Of a DNA stretch of 32,000 nt, positions 16,430 to 24,635 are shown piece by piece. This stretch comes from Nostoc sp. PCC 7120 = FACHB-418. Lineage in GTDB: Bacteria; Cyanobacteriota; Cyanobacteriia; Cyanobacteriales; Nostocaceae. Numbering within the stretch: position 1 is the stretch's first letter; every line of letters starts with the position of its first letter. The position numbers were made by a program, and so were the translations under genes. The stretch covers positions 4,680,001 through 4,712,000 of the forward strand of contig NC_003272.1 in the NCBI RefSeq assembly GCF_000009705.1. Reading direction: 5' to 3'. Under the pieces are notes generated by a model that worked only from the letters and a program-made list of their open reading frames with translations, searched no databases and was not told the DNA's origin.

Positions 16430-16864
16430 TCAGTTGTAAGTATTGTTTTGTGTGAAATGTTCGATATTTTGAGCAACTGTAGCACCTTTCTCTGCTTTTA
16501 TTGTCTCTGCCATCTTAGTAAAATTTTTAACAACTGATGGGTGTGACTTGATTTCATCTGCTAACTTTTTAATTTCCTTAGCGGCCTCAGACTTGTCATT
16601 ATTAACTACTGCTTCTACATCCACGACAGCTTGAGCAATTTCGGGGTCTTGTGCTGCTTGTGTCAGTTCTAACACTGCTTGACCGTAATCTAATCTCTCC
16701 GGTTCATCACTGGTAAGAGATGGTGCTTGATTCTTTCGGCGTAGCAACTCTATCAACTGACCAGGAGCATTCCATAAAACATCACCAATGTTTTCGCCGA
16801 TTTTCTCTTGTGCTTTAGTCCAAAATACGGTAGCTACAGCAATCAATAAGCTCTCAATGGTCAT
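16430..16864 (-). CDS. 144-aa all-helical N-terminal module of the NLR-like gene, terminated by an in-frame TGA
   Basis: MTIESLLIAVATVFWTKAQEKIGENIGD... A hydrophobic first helix is followed by Ala/Glu/Lys-rich helices. It ends ...TQNNTYN-TGA in the same frame as the NACHT region that follows. Confidence 0.7.
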   Translation of the reverse strand: MTIESLLIAVATVFWTKAQEKIGENIGDVLWNAPGQLIELLRRKNQAPSLTSDEPERLDYGQAVLELTQAAQDPEIAQAVVDVEAVVNNDKSEAAKEIKKLADEIKSHPSVVKNFTKMAETIKAEKGATVAQNIEHFTQNNTYN

Positions 16865-17027
16865 ATATCCACTATAAATAGGCTAAAATAGCGTCAAAAT
16901 TTGTCTGTATATATTCTAGTGGTGATATTACTGATACGCCAAATGTGAAGGCGATCGCTCTTGGCGGCTGTTTAGTCAATTATTAGGTAAGATAAAGTGC
17001 GATCGCCATGACTCATCAAAGGTAATC

Positions 17028-17621
17028 TTATCTGTATTTCTCTACAGATTCCACAGCAATATTAAATTGTTGAGCAATCTGTTCTACACTCATCCCAGTT
17101 TTTAGTAACAGTGGGACAGCAACTTTCAACAGTTCTTCTCGACCTTCTTCTCGACCTTCTTCTCGACCCTCAGCTTTAGCTTCTTGATATACTCTTGTTT
17201 GCTCTAAAGTTATTCCTAGCATAGCTTCTACTTCCTGTCGACTCAAAGACGAAAACTTGTAAACAGCAATTGTCGTAATAATTTCGATGATTTCGTTTTT
17301 TGGTAGCCTACCTGTTTCTTCTAATTTTACTCGTTGAATTAGTTGCTTGGCTTGCTCTGCCATTGTTTCAGAGGATGCAATTGTTAACAGCATTAAGTTG
17401 ATGCTGATTGGCAGAGTATCAGAAGTAACTAATTCATCCAAATAAATGCGCTGCACTTGGTCGCTGTTTAAAAATATGCGATGAGTTATTGTGTCCCTTG
17501 GTTCCAGACTGCGAGTTGGAAAAATCACCACACAATACCAGTCATCATACTGGGACTGATTACGGTACAAATAGGTTAGCGACTCGGTAAAAAAGCGATG
17601 ATATAAAAACTCTACCCACAA
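17028..17621 (-). CDS. Rpn-family / DUF4351 PD-(D/E)XK putative transposase, N-terminally truncated remnant
   Basis: The C-terminal part (IYLDEL..., VYKFSSLSRQEVEAMLGI..., TRVYQEAKAEGREEGREEGREE, SVEQIAQQF) matches the cyanobacterial Rpn/DUF4351 family as I recall it. The first ~70 aa, including the nuclease N-terminus, are missing. The frame hits a TGA just upstream of a TTG start. Confidence 0.6.
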   Translation of the reverse strand: MWVEFLYHRFFTESLTYLYRNQSQYDDWYCVVIFPTRSLEPRDTITHRIFLNSDQVQRIYLDELVTSDTLPISINLMLLTIASSETMAEQAKQLIQRVKLEETGRLPKNEIIEIITTIAVYKFSSLSRQEVEAMLGITLEQTRVYQEAKAEGREEGREEGREELLKVAVPLLLKTGMSVEQIAQQFNIAVESVEKYR

Positions 17622-17635
17622 GGGGATAGAGTTTT

Positions 17636-17752
17636 GTCAGTGGTCAGTGGTCAGTAGTCAGTGGCAAAGATATGTAAAAACCACCCATTAGGGGTTGGGG
17701 TATTAGACCAGATCATTTCCACAACTGACAACTGACGACTAACAACTGACAC
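17636..17752. repeat. STRR heptamer arrays in inverted orientation (GTCAGTG x4 ... ACAACTG x4)
   Basis: gtcagtggtcagtggtcagtagtcagtggc (17636-17665) and acaactgacaactgacgactaacaactgacac (17721-17752). Confidence 0.8.
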
Positions 17753-17782
17753 GTGAAGTGCAATAAATGGAGTCGCGTTTCA

Positions 17783-19507
17783 CTAATAATGATTACCTAC
17801 CTTGCGGTGGTGAACGGCTGTCAATGCTTCGGATTTGGAAACGCGTCCGGCGTAGACTGTGCTGTATACTGCCCAGTGGTCGCCGCAGTCCATACGGCTG
17901 ACTACTTCGCATTCCATGTATGCTAAAGCGTCGCCGAGGATGGGTGCGCCGTTTTCGGCGGGTTGGGTTTTGACTCCTTCAAAACGGTCTGCACCAGGGG
18001 CGAATCGTTTGAGGAAGTGGCGCATGAGTGGTTGATAATTGCCTTCTTCTAATACATTGAGGACGAAGCGATCGCCTACTTGCATTAGTGATTCAATTGC
18101 TCTATCTTTAGCTACGGCAATGGAAAATCCTAAGGGTTTGAAGCTGGCTTGATTTACCCAGGAGGCTAACATGGCGCTGGAAACGTCGCCTTTTTTGGCT
18201 GTGATGATATATAAGCCACCACTCAGTCTCCCTAGTGCTTTGTCTAAATCAGCACCCAAGGATTTCATTGCTTTGATGCTGCGATCGCGTGTTACCCATT
18301 GTCCCAAATCTGTGCCTGCTTCTTCACACAGTTTGTAGGTGTTTTCCGTGGGTGTTTGTTTAATGCGAATGGCGGGGAAAGCGGTTGTTAAGCCCAAGTT
18401 GCGGAATTTGCTTAATAACGGGTCTATGGGTTCATCATCGCCGCCACCAGTTTCAAATATACCTACGGCTTGTTTTTCGTTAACAGACCCTAAAATGGTG
18501 CTGAGTGCGCCTTGAATACTAGCAGCACTAGCAGCCGGAGACATCCCAATTACCAGTCCAGTACACCGCCCAACTAGTTCGCGTAGTTCTTGTAAATCTA
18601 CGGCTGCACCCAAATCTACAACGTCTACACCCACACCAGTTTTCGTAATACCGTTAATAATTGCTTGGGCTAGGCGATCGCTATACCCATATTCCGAAAC
18701 GTAAAATACACCTATGCTGGTTTCTGCTTTGGTTTGGTTTTGGCTCCAAGTGCGATAACGTCCGGTGAGTTCCTCAACGTTATGGTAGAGTAATGGGCCG
18801 TGACCAGTAGCGATCATTTTCACGCTTGGCAATTCTCCCATACGCTTGAGGGCAGATAGTACCGAGCGCGCATTCGGCCCCATCAGGCAATCATAATAAT
18901 AATGAAAGTCTGGTTCAATGGTTTTTAAGTCTTCATCAAAGACAATATCGGAACAGTAGTGCATTCCGAAAGCGTCGCAGGTGTATAGGGTTTGGGTTTT
19001 GTGGTCAAAGCTAAAAATGGTGTCTGGCCAGTGTAAATTGGGGGCGATGACAAACTCAAATTCGTGACCGTTACCTAAATCTAAGCGATCGCCATTTTTA
19101 ACAATTTTCCGCTTAAATGGTTGATGTACTAAATCTTCTAGAAACTGGATGGCAACTTTTGAGCCAACCACTGTAATTTCTGGAGCCATTTGTAACAAAT
19201 CTTTGACTAAGCCACTGTGGTCTGGTTCAGTGTGGCTAATAATCAAATAATTGATCTCTGTGGGATTGATTAGCCCTGTCAGAGTATCAAAGTAAAGTTG
19301 ACGAAACTTTTCATGAGACGTATCAACTAAGGCTATCTGCTCACCGCGTATGAGAAATGAGTTATATGTAGTACCGTTTTGCAGACCAAACTCAATATCA
19401 AAGCGATCGCGTTCCCAATCTAGAGAGCGAATTGCCGTAGTATCTTGAGCAATGTCCGCAGTCTGTATGGTGAGCCGTTTTTCAGTTTTCTCGGTGAGTG
19501 CTACCAT
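17783..19507 (-). CDS. flv3A: class-C flavodiiron protein, FlvB-type (canonical di-iron site)
   Basis: 574 aa with the same three-module architecture as flv1A. It has the canonical ligand motif HTEPDH. The symbol comes from memory of PCC 7120 gene order. Confidence 0.85.
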   Translation of the reverse strand: MVALTEKTEKRLTIQTADIAQDTTAIRSLDWERDRFDIEFGLQNGTTYNSFLIRGEQIALVDTSHEKFRQLYFDTLTGLINPTEINYLIISHTEPDHSGLVKDLLQMAPEITVVGSKVAIQFLEDLVHQPFKRKIVKNGDRLDLGNGHEFEFVIAPNLHWPDTIFSFDHKTQTLYTCDAFGMHYCSDIVFDEDLKTIEPDFHYYYDCLMGPNARSVLSALKRMGELPSVKMIATGHGPLLYHNVEELTGRYRTWSQNQTKAETSIGVFYVSEYGYSDRLAQAIINGITKTGVGVDVVDLGAAVDLQELRELVGRCTGLVIGMSPAASAASIQGALSTILGSVNEKQAVGIFETGGGDDEPIDPLLSKFRNLGLTTAFPAIRIKQTPTENTYKLCEEAGTDLGQWVTRDRSIKAMKSLGADLDKALGRLSGGLYIITAKKGDVSSAMLASWVNQASFKPLGFSIAVAKDRAIESLMQVGDRFVLNVLEEGNYQPLMRHFLKRFAPGADRFEGVKTQPAENGAPILGDALAYMECEVVSRMDCGDHWAVYSTVYAGRVSKSEALTAVHHRKVGNHY

Positions 19508-19616
19508 AACTCTCTCCTTTACACAATGAGTATTTATTCCTCTAGTCTTATTGTGACACGGAATATTTGTAAATTTTTATTAAAAAACCTATAGATAACT
19601 TAAAAAATATAAAAAA

Positions 19617-20447
19617 GTGATATCACAGCAGTCTGCAAAACACATAGAAAATCAGTGGTTAGCCTTGGAAATCGGTAATTCCCGGCTACATTGGGCTTTA
19701 TTCATGGGCGAATCCCTTGAGTTTACGTGGGATACAGAATATCTACCTGAGTCAGTTATACAGCAGTTAGGTAACGGTGAGACAAAATTGGAAGTGGGAA
19801 GCGAGGAAAAGGAAATTTTCTTTACTTTTTTCCCCCTTCCCCCTGCCCCCTGCCCCCTACCTCTTTTCATCGCCTCTGTTGTTCCGCAGCAAACTGTTCT
19901 TTGGGAAAATTACCTTAATGTTCGCGTAATTACTTTAGACCAGATACCGCTTAACAATATATATCCTACCTTGGGAATTGACCGGGCTTTGGCTTTGTGG
20001 GGTGCGGGGATGAGTTGGGGTTTTCCGGTGTTGGTGATTGATGCGGGGACGGCGCTAACTTTCACGGCTGCGGATGGTGGAAAAAATTTGGTTGGTGGGG
20101 CAATTTTGCCGGGGGTGGGTTTACAATTTGCGAGTTTAGGTCAACAAACTGGACAATTACCGCAAGTAGAGATGGAAGCCATCAAGTCTCTACCTCCACG
20201 TTTTGCGCTGAATACGACAGAAGCAATCCAAAGCGGTGTGATTTATACCTTAATAGCGGGAATGAGGGATTTTACGGAAGAGTGGTTGTCTCTATTTCCT
20301 GATGGGAAGGTGGCAATTAAAGGAGGCGATCGCATCTTACTATTAAACTACCTCCAAGCTCTCTATCCTGACCTAGCAGCGCGTTTAATAGTGGAACCAA
20401 ACCTAATTTTTTGGGGTATGCAAACAATAGTAGCAGGTGTTGCTTAA
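19617..20447 (+). CDS. coaX: type III pantothenate kinase
   Basis: [12 protein letters not shown] (phosphate-1 DxGNT-like), [10 protein letters not shown] and VGGAILPG motifs. GTG start; the exact start is uncertain. Confidence 0.8.
   Translation: MISQQSAKHIENQWLALEIGNSRLHWALFMGESLEFTWDTEYLPESVIQQLGNGETKLEVGSEEKEIFFTFFPLPPAPCPLPLFIASVVPQQTVLWENYLNVRVITLDQIPLNNIYPTLGIDRALALWGAGMSWGFPVLVIDAGTALTFTAADGGKNLVGGAILPGVGLQFASLGQQTGQLPQVEMEAIKSLPPRFALNTTEAIQSGVIYTLIAGMRDFTEEWLSLFPDGKVAIKGGDRILLLNYLQALYPDLAARLIVEPNLIFWGMQTIVAGVA
19832..19859 (+). repeat. STRR-like heptamers (CCCCCTK x4) inside the coaX coding sequence
   Basis: ccccctt ccccctg ccccctg cccccta, encoding ...[11 protein letters not shown]... 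Confidence 0.75.
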
Positions 20448-20540
20448 CAGAAAATTTAAGGTATTATCATCGCCAGGAAATCATATTAGCCTCTATTACG
20501 TACTAGATTGAAATTATTGTCATGTACATGAGGTTTTGAG

Positions 20541-21365
20541 ATGTCGCTTAACGGTAAACACGCATTAGTTACCGGAGGCTCACGCGGTATCGGTAGAGCA
20601 ATCACATTAAAACTAGCCGAACAAGGGGTGAAAGTAGCTATCCACTACCACAAAAATGATGAAGCGGCGAACAATACCCTAGTACAAATACGAGAACAAG
20701 GTGGAGACGGCTTTATCGTGCAAGCCGATGTTTTACAGCCTCAAGATATTAATCGGATGTTTAGTCAGGTTAAGGATAAATTTGGCAGTCTAGATATCTT
20801 TGTCAATTGTGCCAGACCAGACTTAGCAACTTTCTACAGTTCTCCCATGAAGATGACATTAGACCACTGGCGTGCGGCTATGGATTCTCAAGCGCAGGCC
20901 TTCCTATTGGGAACTCAACAAGCCGCCAATCTGATGCGAGATGGAGGCAGAATCATCGCCATCACCTATTCACCAAGTGGGCGTACTGGTAGCTGGCAGC
21001 CTTGGATGGCAATGGGAACGGCTAAAGCTGCTTTAGAATCGCTTTGTCGCTATTTTGCCGTTGCCCTTGGTTCCCGTGGTATTACTGTTAATGGAATTAG
21101 CCCTGGAGTTATCTTTGGTGAACCAAACCCCTTGGAAGGAGGAGTCTTGCGTTCTTTACCAACAGCAGCACAGGAAGCCACTCAAAATTGGCATGAGAGT
21201 GGATGGACACCCATGAGACGGGTGGGAACTCCAGATGATATTGCTAATGCAGCTATGCTCTTATGTATGCAGGAAGCTAGCTTTATTACAGGTCAAATCA
21301 TTCATGTGGACGGTGGTGCTTCCATTATGGACTCGATGTGTCCTCTGGAAATTCAGCAGGGATAG
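20541..21365 (+). CDS. SDR-family oxidoreductase, FabL-like
   Basis: ALVTGGSRGIGRA Rossmann motif and ...GTAKAALESLCRYFAVAL. There is no Tyr at K-4 or K-7 relative to the conserved Lys. The 3' end overlaps the convergent hydrolase gene by 13 nt. Confidence 0.8.
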   Translation: MSLNGKHALVTGGSRGIGRAITLKLAEQGVKVAIHYHKNDEAANNTLVQIREQGGDGFIVQADVLQPQDINRMFSQVKDKFGSLDIFVNCARPDLATFYSSPMKMTLDHWRAAMDSQAQAFLLGTQQAANLMRDGGRIIAITYSPSGRTGSWQPWMAMGTAKAALESLCRYFAVALGSRGITVNGISPGVIFGEPNPLEGGVLRSLPTAAQEATQNWHESGWTPMRRVGTPDDIANAAMLLCMQEASFITGQIIHVDGGASIMDSMCPLEIQQG

Positions 21366-22180
21366 GACTGGGAATTGGTGATAAACTCCCGAATTTCTCC
21401 AGCTACAAGCCCAACACAGGATTCTGGTAAGTTACTTTCAGCATGAGCAATGATCTTTAACTCTGCTTGAGGAATCAGTTTAGTATAAACCTGACTTCTA
21501 GCTAAGGCATCTGGCGTGTCTTTGCCACCTTGCAAAACTAACACTGGGATTTCTAATTTAGATAAATAGCTTTGCAATAATTCTGCTTCGATTTCTGGTT
21601 GCTGCCGTTGAAATAATAGCTTGGCAGCTGTAGGGTTTTGCAGCAATATTTGGCGTGTTTGCCAATCTTGTTCTATTTTTTTGTCTAGCCCAAAAATCTT
21701 AGTTAAAAAACTGAGCGATCGCATTATTTTAAATAATAATGGCGATCGCTTAATTAACTGCCGCATTTTCTGGCAATTTTGTACTTGTCCCTCTATCTTT
21801 ACACCCTCTGGCGCTAACAAAACTAAGCCATAGACTTGTTCCGGATACTTTAAGGCATAACTAGCGGCAATCCAAGCACCTAGTGAATCTCCCAATAGAT
21901 AGACTTTTTCTAGCTTTAAAGCTTGGAAAAACTCAGCTATACACTCTACTTCTAAATCAATTGAATAATTAATATTAGGTTTCTCTGATTCTCCAAAACC
22001 TAATAAATCTGGCGCAAAGCAATGAAAACTCTGTGAAAGCGATTCCATTACTTCCACCCATTGGCTACTCTCATGCCAAGCCCCATGTAACAAAACTACA
22101 GGAATCCCCTCACCAGCTTCACGCCAGAATAATAGCCCTTGAGATAGTTTTCTCCGGGCGTTACGTAATAGCGTATCCAT
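21353..22180 (-). CDS. alpha/beta-fold hydrolase
   Basis: VVLLHGAWH oxyanion region and GDSLGAW nucleophile elbow (GxSxG). Confidence 0.8.
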   Translation of the reverse strand: MDTLLRNARRKLSQGLLFWREAGEGIPVVLLHGAWHESSQWVEVMESLSQSFHCFAPDLLGFGESEKPNINYSIDLEVECIAEFFQALKLEKVYLLGDSLGAWIAASYALKYPEQVYGLVLLAPEGVKIEGQVQNCQKMRQLIKRSPLLFKIMRSLSFLTKIFGLDKKIEQDWQTRQILLQNPTAAKLLFQRQQPEIEAELLQSYLSKLEIPVLVLQGGKDTPDALARSQVYTKLIPQAELKIIAHAESNLPESCVGLVAGEIREFITNSQSYPC

Positions 22181-22283
22181 TTTTAATGTAGTGTTTATCT
22201 TTCTGTGGATTTGCGATTCTTAATTAGAATATTCAGACTTTATCCAGAATCGTTAACTTTAACCCAAAATTTCACATAAGTTT

Positions 22284-22778
22284 TTATGCTAGCGTTGTTA
22301 ATCCGTTTAAGTAATCCTGTATTTGTCGAGCATGATCATGAGACATTGGCCCTTGGGGTAGGGAACTAGGGGTAAAAGCCTCGATTTCCATGACTTCCAA
22401 GGTATCCTGAATGTCCATTTTCCCTTCTACTTCGGCTTCAACCACAACACAAATCGAATGGATTCTGGGGTCGCGGTCTGGTGAAGAGTAAACTCCCACC
22501 AAACGCCTAATTTTTGTCAATTCTAGGCCAGTTTCCTCCAAAAGCTCACGGCGGACTGTAGTAGGAATATCTTCTCCCCAGTCCACCATACCGCCGGGCA
22601 ATGCCCATAAACCATCGTCTCGCCTACGAATTAAGACAATCCGACCATCGGATAGTATTGGGATGATACTGGTTCCCGTAATGGGATGACGGAATATAAT
22701 ACCCAATACCGTTTGTCCAATACGCCACAAACTACGTGTAGATTGGATTGGTGATTTAAAAAAAGCAATAACGTTCAA
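22284..22778 (-). CDS. NUDIX hydrolase
   Basis: Nudix box GGMVDWGEDIPTTVRRELLEETGLE. Confidence 0.85.
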   Translation of the reverse strand: MNVIAFFKSPIQSTRSLWRIGQTVLGIIFRHPITGTSIIPILSDGRIVLIRRRDDGLWALPGGMVDWGEDIPTTVRRELLEETGLELTKIRRLVGVYSSPDRDPRIHSICVVVEAEVEGKMDIQDTLEVMEIEAFTPSSLPQGPMSHDHARQIQDYLNGLTTLA

Positions 22779-22850
22779 TCTAAAAATATCTATGGTTGAG
22801 TTTTTTAACCGTCTACCACTCGCACAATCTCAGCTCATTAAGAGTTGAGT

Positions 22851-22875
22851 TTTGCATTATAATATATAATGCAAA
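22851..22875. promoter_or_regulatory. perfect 10-bp inverted repeat with a 5-nt spacer upstream of the NUDIX gene
   Basis: tttgcattat-aatat-ataatgcaaa, 73-97 nt upstream of the NUDIX start. Candidate operator only. Confidence 0.3.
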
Positions 22876-23281
22876 TATATGTTAGTGCTTGGCAAATATA
22901 TTTTAACTACATTCATAATGAGATATCAACTTTTTAAGATATCAAGCTTTCTTTTTATTTACAAATAAATTTACTGTGTTTGGCTATACATTAGCCAGAT
23001 TCAAGAGCAATAGTATGAGGCGATCGCCATAGATTAAAACCGATGTAACTCATAACTGAGAACTTGTATTTTTCTATTTTTTGCATGATCAATTAGGTGG
23101 CGTTGTCTATTCTAGAATCTGGGGCAGATCAATTAGTAACTGATGATTTTGTTACTCCTATAGGTAGATAGTTGTGAGTTTACGCCACCTACTGGTATGA
23201 AGAAAATAGAAAAATCGTATACAAAAAAACACACATAGTATATGTGATGTATTCAATAAAAATATTTAGTTTCAGGACAAT

Positions 23282-24481
23282 GTGATGCAGACAAATTGGA
23301 GAATCGGGTCTTTATTTGGTATTCCCCTATTTTTAGATCCTTTGTGGTTTGTGATTTTGGGTTTAGCAACACTGAACTTTGGCGTGGCTTACCAAGAATG
23401 GGGAACGGTGACAGCATGGACGGCTGGGCTGATTATGTCGTTGCTGCTATTTGGTTCGGTGTTATTACATGAGTTGGGTCATAGTTTGGCAGCGCGATCG
23501 CAAGGGATTAAAGTTAACTCTATTACTTTATTTCTGTTTGGTGGGATTGCCGCCATTGAGGAAGAATCCAAAACTCCGGGTAAAGCGTTTCAAGTAGCTA
23601 TTGCTGGGCCTTTGGTGAGTATCGGCTTATTCTTACTCTTAAGGTTGGGGAGTACAGTAGTATCTGATAGTAGCCCAGTCAGTATGATGGTGGGTGATTT
23701 GGCGCGGATTAACTTAGTTGTTGCCTTATTTAACCTAATTCCTGGTTTACCTTTAGATGGGGGTCAAGTGTTGAAAGCTGCACTCTGGCAAATTACCGGA
23801 GATCGTTTTCAAGCGGTACATTGGGCAGCCAAAGCCGGACAAATTTTAGGTTATGGTGCGATCGCCTTAGGTTTTGCCGTAGACTTCTTTACAAGAGAAT
23901 TAGTCACAGGCTTGTGGATTGCCCTGTTGGGTTGGTTTGGGGTTCGCAATGCCAACAGCTACGACCGCGTAACCACATTACAAGAAACCTTGCTGGAGGT
24001 AAAAGCTGTGGATGCCATGACTCGTGATTTTCGTGTCATTGATGCCAACCAGACCTTACGTTCCTTTGCTGATTCTTACCTATTGGCAACTAGCAACCCA
24101 GAAGTTTATTTTGCTGCTTCCGATGGACGTTATCGCGGTATGGTCGCCATTGAGGATTTACGCTTGGTGGAAAGAAGCGAATGGGAAACTCAAACTCTCC
24201 ACAGCATCGCCCATCCTTTAACCGAAATACCTACAGTCGCGGAATCAACTGCCATAGCTGGAGTCATCAACAAGTTAGAAAATGAACAGTTACCGCGTGT
24301 CACCGTACTTACTCCGGCTGGCGCTGTTGCTGGAATCATTGACCGAGGAGATATTGTCGGCGCATTGGCACAAAAATTAGGTTTGCGTATGACTGACGCA
24401 GAAATTAAGCGCATCAAAGAAGAGGGTAGTTATCCGCCAGGGTTGCAATTGGGGGTAATTGCCAAGTCTATTAATCAGTAG
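23282..24481 (+). CDS. site-2 (M50) zinc metalloprotease with tandem CBS domains
   Basis: HELGHSL zinc motif, NLIPGLPLDGG motif, multiple TM helices and a C-terminal CBS pair. Start is GTG 23282 or ATG 23285. Confidence 0.85.
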   Translation: MMQTNWRIGSLFGIPLFLDPLWFVILGLATLNFGVAYQEWGTVTAWTAGLIMSLLLFGSVLLHELGHSLAARSQGIKVNSITLFLFGGIAAIEEESKTPGKAFQVAIAGPLVSIGLFLLLRLGSTVVSDSSPVSMMVGDLARINLVVALFNLIPGLPLDGGQVLKAALWQITGDRFQAVHWAAKAGQILGYGAIALGFAVDFFTRELVTGLWIALLGWFGVRNANSYDRVTTLQETLLEVKAVDAMTRDFRVIDANQTLRSFADSYLLATSNPEVYFAASDGRYRGMVAIEDLRLVERSEWETQTLHSIAHPLTEIPTVAESTAIAGVINKLENEQLPRVTVLTPAGAVAGIIDRGDIVGALAQKLGLRMTDAEIKRIKEEGSYPPGLQLGVIAKSINQ

Positions 24482-24500
24482 TGGCGTGGAAGAGGCAGGA

Positions 24501-24635
24501 TCTGACAGATGTAGGTTTTTGACACTTCACCCTCAAAATACGGGTGTAGGGGTATAGGGATTGAGCAAACTATTATTCTTTCGTTAGTGTGAGAGTCGTC
24601 ACTCATCACTTGATTAAAAACCTACACCTGTGAGA
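24501..24635. mobile_element. 135-bp MITE with 20-bp terminal inverted repeats and a 9-10 bp target-site duplication
   Basis: TIR-L is tctgacagatgtaggttttt (24501-24520). The reverse complement of 24616-24635 is tctcacaggtgtaggttttt (18/20). The direct repeat gaggcagga abuts both ends (24492-24500 and 24636-24644). No ORF inside. Confidence 0.75.

Noticed and set aside
16430-16432. The in-frame TGA could encode selenocysteine.
   Set aside because: I see no SECIS-like stem-loop immediately 3' of the TGA (the sequence is ccgcagtcgtctccaggggaggagggg, with no obvious hairpin). Nothing in the window suggests Sec machinery. A nonsense mutation or simple leaky termination is more parsimonious.
21353-21365. 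13-nt overlap of the convergent SDR and alpha/beta hydrolase genes.
   Set aside because: Real, but such short convergent overlaps are common and depend on exact stop positions only. I do not treat it as a system.
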